Positions 35,901-47,300 of a stretch of 64,000 nucleotides of DNA are shown here, piece by piece. Every line of letters starts with the position of its first letter. Within the stretch, counting starts at the first letter, position 1. The stretch covers positions 15,681-79,680 of the forward strand of contig CAJRAX010000009.1 of assembly GCA_907165135.1 (NCBI GenBank). Reading direction: 5' to 3'. Origin of the DNA: Oikopleura dioica. Its lineage: Eukaryota > Animalia > Chordata. The translations under genes were made by a program, and so were the position numbers. The notes beneath the pieces were generated by a model that was not told the DNA's origin, did not search any database, and was given only the letters and a program-made list of their open reading frames with translations.

Positions 35901-38340
35901 TATTTGGATCGTACAAATCATAGAACCGGTGTCAAGAAGAAAATTAACAGGATTTGAAAAAATATTGGCCTGAACAAAAAACTGACCGCCACTTTTCGAT
36001 AGAGAATTTTTGAAAATTTTTAAAGTAGGAAACTCTTTCTGACCATAAAGAGTTTCACTTCTTAGTTTTTTTGCTCCTCGTTCTTTTCCTTGCAATCCCA
36101 TTGCCAGTGACCTTTTTTGCCACATACGTGACACACTATTTCTGGGCAAAAACGACGAGAATGGTCGTTTGTCTTGCACGAGCGGCATCTGAATTCTTGC
36201 CCTGAATTCGGACGTCGCTCGGAAGGCCTCGGATTTTTGGCCTTCTCAGCGGCCCCACCAAATTTCAGCGCAGAGATCTGAGCTGTCAATGCACTCATTT
36301 TTTCAGTCAAAGCAATTGTATTTCGGTCGTTTTCTTGCCGAATTGACTCTAGAGAACGTTCAAAGTTTTCACTCTGCTTCGCGAGAGCCGAGCTCTGAGA
36401 CTCCATGAAATCTCTCAAGCTCGATTCTAGCTCGATTTTTGAAACGCTGACTGATGCCGGTGGAGCAATGTGTCTATCTCGTGAGTCAAGAAATTCACAT
36501 ATCTCATCCGGCTTCGAGTTCCACTTCATATTATCCTTCAAAAACGACACGTTTCGTGGCGCAAGACTGTTCTTAAAATGACTAGAGAAAATATATTCCT
36601 GAGCACCGCTATCATCCGAAATTAATTTTGCGCACGACTTGATGCGACCAAGAAAAGCTTCAAATTTTTCATCGATTTCGACGCGTCGAGCAAGAGAAGA
36701 AAGCTTCTCTCTAGCACGCTGAGCAACTTGCTCTTTGGTTTCTTTCGCAAAAAGATTAGCGATAAAATCGAGCCTTTTTTCCCAACCCTCGATAGAAGAT
36801 AATTCCTCTGCATATTCAACGTAAAATGACTCGGCAAGTGAGTCGATGACAAAAGAAGCGGCCTGACGCTCAAACTGTTTCAAAAGCGCACTTTTATTAT
36901 CTCTAGAGTGCTCCTCTAAAGACCGATTGAAAAGCCAAGCCGCCCGCTGAATTTTATCATTAACTCGCTCGTGCCAATTTTTGTATTGAAAATATTTCAC
37001 GCCAACGGCGAGAGAATGATGCGAAGGGGTTGAAAAAAGCGTACCTAAGTGAAGAATTTCTTCCGGTGTTTTGGACCGCGTAGTTGTGGGTTCTGTCTCT
37101 GAGGGCGCCATGATACCTTTTCTGAGTCTCTTTTACTGCTGATTGCAATTAACTATCAATTTTTAATCAAATTTTCTGCAAGAAAATACAAGAAAATATA
37201 TTTTGCGGCGTTCAGAGGGAGATTTATTGTGAGACTGATTCAAAATAAAATTTGGCGGTGAGCGAAAATTTTAGCAGGTGCGCGAAAATGCATAACAAAG
37301 GCGAAAACAAAGACATAAACAAATGAAATTTCCTTTTTTGGAAATAAGGCGCTTCAAGTTCATCCGGTGTATTTTTTGAATCCATTTCGGATTTTGTATC
37401 TTCTTGCGGTTCGAGCCGGGTTCCCGAGCCGGAAGGGTTGAGTTTTCCAAAGTGAAGCGTTTTCTGAGTTTTTTCCGCCCAAAGAAGCCATTTTTTGTAA
37501 AAGAAGTAATTAGAATAAAGAATGTGAACATTTTAAAATAAAATAATTTATAATCAAAATTGGTCAGTTATTTTAATCATAAATTAAGCGCAAAAGGTGA
37601 TAACATAAATTAACAAGCATAAATAAAATTACAGTAAGAATTAAATCACATAAAAATTACAGGTTAATAAAATCATATTAAAATTACAGTTAAAATAAAA
37701 ATAACTTCGGCTCACCTTTCGGCAGTTACTGACGCAGTTCCCTTTGCCTTGGTAATTCGCGTCAAGCCTTATCGTTAATAAGGAACCGAAAAGGTCTCCC
37801 GTATCTGCTCAATCGCCCAAGGAGTGCTTTGTGAAGTTGATGAGTATGAAAGGAATGAAGAAGGAAAGATGACGGGAAGGTAGGACCCGTTTTCGTCGTC
37901 CGCGTCGATAGAGCATAGTCGTTGTTGATTTCAAATTAAACAGAACAGAGTGAGTTCAAATCTATAGAATTAATGAAACAGGAGCAATGATGTTGAATTT
38001 TTAACAATTATGCCAAAGTTTGAGGCAACATGCGAATTTGAGTTCATTTTCGAAAAAATAATTTGCAAGCGGTTAGGGTTTTACATTGCTACATTTAGGA
38101 AGCTTTGCGATTTTTTGAAAAATGATTCTGAAATCAATAAATGAACAGTAAGTATGAAAGCACGCTTTATGATTTTCCCTATTTTCAAAGATTTTAAAGG
38201 ATGCTAAAGAAGATTTGATGAGAGCATTGTTCAGCGGAATAATCGACGCGTTTTTGAGTGAATTGACAAATGTTGATTTCGATTAAAATGAATTTTATTC
38301 GTGAATCAGTTTTACGACGGGTTGGAAGATTGATCTTCCA
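35700..38340 (-). mobile_element. Ty3/gypsy element, subfamily E: 5' LTR (37111 to about 38340), gag, start of protease
   Basis: LTR end GGTATCA abuts gag ATG; FLLDTGS near 35930; outer boundaries approximate. Confidence 0.85.
36062..37111 (-). CDS. gag: Intact gag, 349 aa, two CCHC knuckles
   Basis: CRSCKTNDHSRRFC and CHVCGKKGHWQWDC; ends A AAA AAC TAA. Confidence 0.93.
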   Translation of the reverse strand: MAPSETEPTTTRSKTPEEILHLGTLFSTPSHHSLAVGVKYFQYKNWHERVNDKIQRAAWLFNRSLEEHSRDNKSALLKQFERQAASFVIDSLAESFYVEYAEELSSIEGWEKRLDFIANLFAKETKEQVAQRAREKLSSLARRVEIDEKFEAFLGRIKSCAKLISDDSGAQEYIFSSHFKNSLAPRNVSFLKDNMKWNSKPDEICEFLDSRDRHIAPPASVSVSKIELESSLRDFMESQSSALAKQSENFERSLESIRQENDRNTIALTEKMSALTAQISALKFGGAAEKAKNPRPSERRPNSGQEFRCRSCKTNDHSRRFCPEIVCHVCGKKGHWQWDCKEKNEEQKN

Positions 38341-38384
38341 TTCATTTTCATCGATAAAAATAGTTGAAGATGCTGTTTTTTAGC

Positions 38385-39240
38385 GGTATTAGATGATGTT
38401 GAGTTCATTTTCATCGAAAAAATATTCTGATGCGTTTTTTGGCGCTTTTAGATGATGTTGAGTTCATTTTAATCGAAAAAATATTATGATGCGTTTTTTG
38501 GCGTTTTTAGATGATGTTGAGTTCATTTTCATTGAAAAAATATTCTGATGCGTTTTTTGGCGTTTTAAGATGATGTTGAGTTCATTTTCATTGAAAAAAT
38601 ATTCTGATGCGTTTTTTGGCGTTTTTAGATGATGTTGAGTTCATTTACATCGGAAAAATATTCTGATGCATTTTTGGCGTTTTTAGATGATGTTGAGTTC
38701 ATTTTCATCGAAAAATATTCTGATGCGTTTTTTGGCGTTTTTAAAATAATGTTGAGTTCATTTTCATCGAAAATATATTCTGATGCGTTTTATGGCCTTT
38801 TAAGATGATGTTGAGTTCATTTTCATCGAAAAAATATTCTGATGCGTTTTTTGGCGTTTTTAGATAATGTTGAGTTCATTTTCATTAAAAAATATTCTGA
38901 TGCGTTTTTTGGCGTTTTTAGATGATGTTGAGTTCATTTTCATCGAAAAAATATTCTGATGCGTTTTTTGGCGTTTTTAGATGATGTTGAGTTCATTTTA
39001 ATCGAAAAAATATTCTGATGCGTTTTTTGGCGTTTTTAGATGATGTTGAGTTCATTTTCATCGAAAAAATATTCTGATGCGTTTTTTGGCGTTTTTAGAT
39101 GATGTTGAGTTCATTTTCATCGAAAAAATATTCTGATGCGTTTTTCGGCGTTTTTAGATGATGTTGAGTTCATTTTCATCGAAAAAATATTCTGATGCGT
39201 TTTTCGGCCTTTTAAGATGATGTTGAGTTCATACCTCATC
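38385..39240 (+). repeat. Sat-B array
   Basis: Tandem 60-bp units. Confidence 0.95.
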
Positions 39241-40110
39241 GAAAAATATAATGATGCTGAATCGCGTTTTCAGATGATGTTGAGTTCATTTTGATTTCAA
39301 AAGCTTACATCTGATGCTAATTTGGTTGATTAGGCCTCGATGTTGAGTTCAAGAAAAATATGGCAAACCAAAAAATGCGTTTTAAAGGTTTGATGATGAG
39401 ACTGAGGGTAATTTCTAGCATGAGAAAATATTAGAAAAATTGTTAACAGTTTTGCACGTACGATGTGTGTTCACATATTTCTAGGCACATTAGCCAGCCC
39501 TTTTGATATCTTACGATTCAAAAGGTTTTATTATTAATCCCTTTTAGGTTTAAAATTATTTACGCATGAATTTATCTCACGATCTTCAAAATCAACTATC
39601 CTTACAATATTCTTGTTTTTTCTTTATTTATTTGCTTTCAAAATAAGTTGACTGTACTTGGACGACAAATCTTTTTGGACGCCGTTGGAAGACTCCTTCT
39701 TACTGTTGAGCTTCCCGTAAGGGCTGAACGCTAAGTAGCCGCGGGCAGAATATCCCAAACCGGCAAAAAGCGTTTATAAGCGCTCACAGGTAATCGAACT
39801 CGCCGAGGACCGGTTACTGCTTTTCTAGGAAACTGACCATTTTCGACATTGCAGTTACACGTGCGCGTGACGCCGACCCGACAAGAACGACAACGACGAC
39901 ATCTACTGACTACGACAACGACGACGGAAACCCTGCCTGGACCGACAATGGAATTCTGACAACAACAACGACTAATGCCCTGGAATTTGTCGAGACTTGT
40001 AATAAAACAGTGGGTCACATAGTGAGAAAGCTGTTTTATTACAAGTTTTTGAAAAAAGCGCCACCTATGGCGAATTGATAAAAATAGGAATTTTTCAAAA
40101 ATATCGTAAC

Positions 40111-41482
40111 ATAACGTACCCCCTAGCTCGCTCACATTTTGTGAACATTTTTCCCTTTTTCGCTTAGTTAAACTCCAACAAGACCCCCTTGGTCGCTCGC
40201 TTTTGTTACTAAGATCCGTTGGTCGCTTTCCTTCTTTTGCATTCTACGACCCCTTGTTCGCCCTCCTTGGTTTCGACGGCGCACCTTTGCTCGCCCGCCT
40301 TTCTCCGTCATTTATCCCTTGTTCGCTCCTGAAGCCCCGCGAGAACGCTTTATAACGCGTAGCTCATTTTCTTTTTCACTTTTAAAAGGCTTTTTAACTC
40401 GTAGAATGGTCTCAAAATTCGATTTTCATGATTTTTTCCAAGCAAACTTATCTTTTTATGCTCTTTCACGTCCATTTTGTCAAATTTTCATATCTTCTTA
40501 ATAAGAAGAAATTTGGACACTCCATTTTAGTAAACATAAGTACTCGAAATACATGGATTGAAACTTTGAGACTGTTTTTATAAAAAAATCGAATGCCATT
40601 TTCCTCGAGAGTTGCAAATTTTGATTACTTTTTCCGAGCTGAGCTGAGCTGAGCTGACCTGCGAAAAAATTTCTCTGAGCTGAGCTGAGCTGAGCTGGCC
40701 TTTTTCAGAGGTCATTGAGCTGAGCTGAGCTGAGCAAACCTTTTGTTTAAGAGAGTTGAGCTGAGCTGAGCTGAGCGGACCCTAATTAGAGCTGAGCTGA
40801 GCTGTTTTTTACTGTTTTTTGGTAGTAAAATTGTATTCAAATCATTGAGCTGAGCTGAGCTTAGCTAAGTGATAATCGTCTGAGCTGAGCTGAGCTGAGC
40901 AGAACAGATCATGCTCGAAAATAATGGAGCTGAGCTGAGCTGAGCTGGGCAGATCATTTTCCAAAATCACTGAGCTGAGCAACTGCTCAGCTCACTCAGC
41001 TCAGCAAATTTGCAACTCTGGAACCAGTGTCAACATGAAGATTCGACTATTTTGAGTATAAATGTACATATAAAGTCAAACTATCAAGTTTACGGCATAA
41101 TACAGCGTTGCTAAAAGATATAAAAATTTAACTGGACGCTTTAAAAAGAGGAAATGAAGTTAAGTTACTGCCAAAATATTCATGAAAATGAAAATATACC
41201 TTAATATTGATAAGGTAGTTCCCTATGAAAAGCTTGAGTCGAAAGTACAGTAAGAGCTGTAAGAGCGACCCAAGCCAAGCTAGGCTTTGGCGGTCTCGCG
41301 GCGAACAAGGGATAAATGGGTGAGGAGGAGCGAACAAGGGCGCGCGAGGTAAAAAGAAGGATGGCGACTAATGGAGCGCGCTGAAACAAGAATGAGAGCG
41401 AGCAAGGGGACTTTGATAAAATTTAACTAAGCGAGCAAGGGAAAAATGCTCACAAAATGTGAGCGAGCTATTCCAATCGTTA
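40111..41482. mobile_element. Non-autonomous TIR element (MITE-like)
   Basis: About 50-bp TIR TAGCTCGCTCACATTTTGTG.. starting at 40124 with reverse complement ending 41470; subterminal GYTCGC repeats; TSD unclear. Confidence 0.8.
40607..41020. mobile_element. Nested MITE with (GAGCT)n arrays, hAT-like TIR
   Basis: AGAGTTGCAAATTT...AAATTTGCAACTCT; many GAGCT runs; no TSD seen. Confidence 0.7.
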
Positions 41483-41742
41483 TTATATAATTATCTGAAA
41501 TTGATGTTACGAACACAGATGATGAAAGTTTGCCGATAACGCCTTACGTAAGAAGCCACAATGGCCGAAATGGCCCCATTTACGAAAACAATAGAAAAAT
41601 CCGGAACCAACCGGTTTCCGAAATGGAACTTTTCAAAATTTGAAATTTCAAAAATCATTCTCGATTATCAATAAAACCACCACCAGCTTATTTTATTTTT
41701 CGTGTTCTTTGCAAGGATTTTAGCAAGCCGCAATTTGTATCA

Positions 41743-43000
41743 GTGATGACCACAGAGACCGAATCCACAGAGGCGAAGCCGATTATAATGGCAGAAAGTA
41801 AGTCAAATCCATTTCCCGAGGAAATTTTGATGGCCAGTCTGTCCCCTTTATCTGGATCTCAGTTGATTTCACCGTCCAGTCAGTTGTATCAGTTCCAATT
41901 GAATATGAGTATTTTAGAGGATAGGTTGTGCTCAATAAAGCGATCTTTTTGAAAGAAGTCTGAAGGACTTTTCTCGAACGGATTTCTCAGATTTAAAGGC
42001 TCAATTTGAGCGAAAGCTTTTAAATTGTATTCGTAGTTCTTGCTCTGAAGAATTTCTAGTGCAATATGGCCGGGACTTAGCCAATGAAACTTGTTACAAA
42101 AAGGCTCTTGAGCTTTTGAGGGAGATTTTGGGGAGGAAAGCGAATCTTTCAGAAAAGCGCGAGCGACGGATGAATTCGAAAATTTGGTCCGAAGGACCGA
42201 TTTGAATGAAATATTCGTTTCATTCTTGAAGAAGAATTAAATCGCTTGCGCGACAGATTGATAACCGTAAAGACGCGCTTTGATTTTCCGTCGCTTTTAA
42301 GTTTAAAAAATTTCTTGAGCCCGCAAATTTGAGTTTTTACGCGATCATAAAATGCAAAACTCGAGCGCAGAAAAAATCGCTTAATTTTTAGACGAACGGG
42401 AAAGACATCATCTGGCCCAAGTTTCGAGCGGTTAACACTGATCGAATGAATTCATTTATTGATCAAACTTCGGAAATGTTATCTAAGCAACTGGAAGCAT
42501 TTAATGAGAGTAATAAAAAGAGTCAAGAGGCTCATAAAAAGAAAAATGAGGAACTTTCGAAGGCCCTCAAAGATTTGACAGCGACTGTGAACGAATTGAA
42601 GTTAGAAAAACAGAAAAATTCTGATAACAATTCTAGTTCACGAAGCAACTATTTTTTCGCAAGAGCAAAATTATCGTCAGGGCGATTTTAATAAGTTCCG
42701 AAATCCTCAGAATTTTCGTCAAGCAGTCCCGTTTAGTCCTCCTCCAGGTTACCCTCAAAATTTTCAAAATTTTCAAAATCTAGGAGCGCCCCGCAACTTT
42801 CAGATGCAACAGAGTCGCCCTGTTTTGTTTTGTTCTGAATGTGATAAATTCGGGCACATGAAACGTAATTGCCGATTTATCGATTGCCATGGCTGTGGAC
42901 AAAAGGACACATTCAACGCTTTTGTTCAGAGAAACAATAATTATGGTCAAAATAATGAATCGAGATAATAGGAATTTCCCTCCCTTTTCGCGTGGTTCTG
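41743..43000 (+). pseudogene. gag: gag (frameshifted)
   Basis: FPEEIL, SFIDQTSEML, CSECDKFGHMKRNC motifs. Confidence 0.8.
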
Positions 43001-44399
43001 AAACGGGTACTCGGGTTGAGCTCTGGTCAAGCTTTCAATCCGAAAACTTTTGTTAGTTCTTTTAAAAGTTTAGGTCGCCAACATTTTATTGATGCTCACA
43101 TTTTTAACAAAAACGTAAAATTGATGATTGATACAGGCTCACAGATAAATCTTATTGGACGTGAGTATGTGCCTGATTCAGGCGCGATGGGTTAAAATGA
43201 TTTGAAAAATTTTCGCGTAAATAATATATTGTTCCTGTTTTTGGATTTATAGATGACAGATTTAATTTTGATGGACAAAACTGGGGTCGCGCGCGATTCT
43301 ATGTTGTTAATGATCGATTGAACTTCATTTCATCGGGAACTTCTTCAATCGAGTTTTTTGAACTTTTTATTGATCTTCATCGCATTTTCATCGATTAAAG
43401 GCTGGTGCGATTGAACGATTTGCAGATATTTCTGAGTTAACAGTAGATCAGACAAATATTCTGATGAACAGTTAGAGGGTTTTAAAATGGATACTGATTA
43501 CTTTAAATCCAAGAACAGAACAATTAGTAGATTTACATTTCGAAACATGAAACTGTCGTCATTATTTTTTGAAAACTCGTGTCTAAAAACGTAAATTAGA
43601 ATTTTTCCTCCTTGTTGAAGTTCGCCTGATTCACCAATATTCTAATGCATATTGATTTTTAAGATGACGGATTCTTCAATTTCATTGATAAAGGGACAAA
43701 ACTAGAAGAGATTTTTGAAGTTTGTAATGTCGTTGAGATTCAGAGGAAGCAGTTGAAAAAATTCTTCTGATGCGTTTTTTGGCGATTTTGATGAAAATGA
43801 GCCATTTTCATTTGAAAATCTTATGAATGCGTTTTGCTATCGTTTATTAAATGATGGAGTTTATTTTATCGGAATGTTCTGATGCCGAATTGGCAATTTT
43901 AGATGATTGATTGAGTTCATTTTCATCGCAGCCATATTCTGAACAGTTTTTGGCGTTTTAAGATGATGTGAGTTCATTTGAATAAAAAGATTCTGAATGC
44001 GTTTTTGAGCGTTTTAAGATGATGTTGATTTCATTTTCATAGAAAAAATAAAAGATGCGATTTTGGCGCCTTTTAGTTGATGTTGAGAAAATTTAATCGA
44101 AATAATCATTAGATTCATTTTTGGCGTTTTTCGATTGAAGAGTTCATTTCTTATATGCAAAAATTAAGCGCATGCGATCTTTATAAGGTTTTTAGATGAG
44201 GTTGAATTAGCCCATCTGCTGATAAAACGGCATTCTGATGCGTTTTTGGCGTATTTAGATGATGTTGAGAATGCCGATGGGAAAAAATATTCTGATGCGT
44301 TTTTGGCGCTTTTAGATGATGTTGAGTTGAAAACATCCCAAAAATATTCTGATGCGTTTTTGGCTTTTTAGATGATGTTTGAGTTCATTTTCAGAGAAA

Positions 44400-47300
44400 A
44401 AATATTCTGAGTTTTTTCGGATTTTTAGATGAGGGTTGAGTTCATTTTCATCGCTAAAAATATTCTGAACAGTATTTGCCTTTTACGATGATGTTGAGTT
44501 CATTTTCATAGGAACAATATTCTGATGCCTTTTTCGGCGTTTTCAGATGATGTTGATTTTAATTTCATCGAAAAAATTATTTGATGAATTTTAGGCGATT
44601 TTAGATGATGTTGAGTTCATTACAATCGAAAAAATATTTGATGCTTTATTTTTGGCTTTCAAATGAAGTTGACTTCATTTTCATCGACAAATCTTTCTGG
44701 ACGCCGTTGGAAGACTCCTTCTTACTGTTGAGCTTCATTTTCATCGCGGGCAGAATATCCCAAACCGGCAAAAAGCGATGATGTATAAGTTCATTTTCAT
44801 CGTAATCGAATTCGCCGATGACTTTTTTGGCGTTTTTAGATGATGTTGAGTTCATTTTCATTGAAAAAACGTGCGCTGATGCCGTTTTTGGCAAGAACGA
44901 TGATGTTGACATCTCATTTTCAACGACGAAAAATATTCTGATGCGTTTTTTGGAATTCTGACAACAACAACGACTAATTTTCATCGAAAATTTATTCTGA
45001 TGCGTTTTTGGCGTTTTTAGATGAGTGAGAAAGTTCATTTTCATCGAAAAAATATTCTGATGCGTTTTTGGCGTTTTGATAATGATGTTGAGTTCATTTT
45101 CATCAAAAATATTCTGATGCGTTTTATATAATTTTGAGATGATGTTGAGTTCATTTTCATCGAAAAATATTCTGATGCGTTTTTGGCGTAAGAAGACAAT
45201 GTTGAGTTCATTTTCATCGAAAAAATAGAAAAATGCGTTTTTGGCGTTTTAAGATGATGTTGAGTTCATTTTCATTTCAAAAATATTCTGATGCTTTTTT
45301 GGCACCACCAGATGATGTTGAGTTCATTTTCATTGCAAAAATATTCTGATGCGTTTTTGGCAATTTTTGATGTTGTTGAGTTCATTTTCATCGGAAAAAT
45401 ATTCTGATGCGTTTTTGGCGTTTTTAGATGATGTTGAGTTCATTTTCATCGAAAAAATATTCTGATGCGTTTTTGGCGTTTTTAGATGATGTTGAGTTCA
45501 TTTTCATCGAGAAAATATTCTGATGCGTTTTTGGCGTTTTAAGATGATGTTGAGTTCATTTTGATCGAAAAAATATTCTGATGCGTTTTTGGCGTTTTTA
45601 GATGATGTTGAGTTCATTTTCATCGAAAAATATTCTGATGCGTTTTTGGCGTTTTTAGATGATGTTGAGTTCATTTCCATCGAAAAAATATTCTGATGCG
45701 TTTTTGGCGTTTTTAGATGATGTTGAGTTCATTTACATCGATAAAATATTCTGATGCGTTTTTGGCGTTTTTAGATGATGTTGAGTTCATTTTCATCGAA
45801 AAAATATTCTGATGCGTTTTTGGCGTTTTTAAGATGATGTTGAGTTCATTTTCATCGAAAAAATATTCTGATGCGTTTTTGGCGTTTTTAGATGATGTTG
45901 AGTTCATTTTCATCGAAAAAATATTCTGATGCGTTTTTGGCGTTTTAAGATGATGTTGAGTTCATTTTCATCAAAAAATATTCTGATGCTTTTTTGGCGT
46001 TTTAGATGATGTTGAGTTCATTTTCAAAAAAAAATATTCTGATGCGTTTCACGGCGTTTAAAAGATGATGTTGAGTTCATTTTCATCGAAAAATATTCTG
46101 ATGCGTTTTTGGCCTTCAAAGATGATGTTGAGTTCATGGCAATCGAAAAAATATTCTGATGCGTTTTTGGCGTTTTTAGATGATGTTGAGTTCATTTTCA
46201 TCGCTAAAAATATTCTGATGCGTTTTTGGCGTTTTTAGATGATGTTGAGTTCATTTTAATCGAAAAAATATTCTGATGCGTTTTTGGCGTTTTACGATGA
46301 TGTTGAGTTCATTTTTATTAAAAAATATTCTGATGCGTTTTTTGGCGTTTTTACGATGATGTTGAGTTCACGATCATCAAAAAAATATTCTGATGCGTTT
46401 TTCTTTTTAAATGATGTTGAGTTCATTTTCATTTAAAAATATTCTGATGCGTTTTTGGCGACAAATGATGTTGAGTTCACGCCATCGGAAAAATATTCTG
46501 ATGCTTTTTGGCTTTTTAGATGATGTTGAGTTCATTTTCGCGGAAAAAATATTCTGATGCGTTTTTGGCGTTTTTAGATGATGTTGAGTTCATTTTCATC
46601 GAAAAAATATTCCGATGCGTTTTACGGCGTTTTTAGATGATGTTGAGTTCATTTTCATCGAAAAATATTCTGATGCGTTTTTGGCCCGACAAGATGATGT
46701 TGACGACATTTTCATACGAAAAATATTCTGATGCGTTTTTGGCCTTTTTAGATGATGTTGAGTTCATTTTCATCAAAAACGATTCTGATGCGTTTTTGGC
46801 GTTTTAAGATGATGTTGAGTTCATTTTCATGGAAAAAATATTCTGATGCTGTTTTTTGGCGCTTTTAGATGATGTTGAGTTCATTTTCATTGATAAAAAT
46901 ATTCTGATGCGTTTTTCGGCATTTTAGATGATGTTGAGTTCATTTTCATCGAAAAAATATTCTGATGCGTTTTTGGCGTTTTAAGACAATGTTGAGTTCA
47001 TTTTTATCGAAAAAATATTCTGATGCGTTTTTGGCGTTTTTCCGATGATGTTGAGTTCATTTTCATTTCAAAAATATTCTGATAATTTTTAAAACCACCA
47101 CCAGATGATGTTGAGTTCATTTTAATCGCAAAAATATTTGATGCGTTTTTGGCGTTTTTAGATGATGTTGAGTTCATTTTCATCGGAAAAATATTCTGAT
47201 GCGTTTTTTGGCGTTTTTAGATGATGTTGAGTTCATTTTCATCGAAAAAATATTCTGATGCGTTTTTGGCGTTTTTAGATGATGTTGAGTTCATTTTAAT

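Larger units (their letters stand above)
39240..44400 (+). mobile_element. Ty3/gypsy element, subfamily D (5' LTR about 39240-41742 with nested MITEs; gag; degraded PR/RT)
   Basis: LTR end TGTATCA at 41742; gag homology; MIDTGSQIN protease; boundaries approximate. Confidence 0.82.

Noticed and set aside
28413-45913. MKMNSTSSKNAK-type ORFs
   Set aside because: Translations of the 59-60 bp satellite
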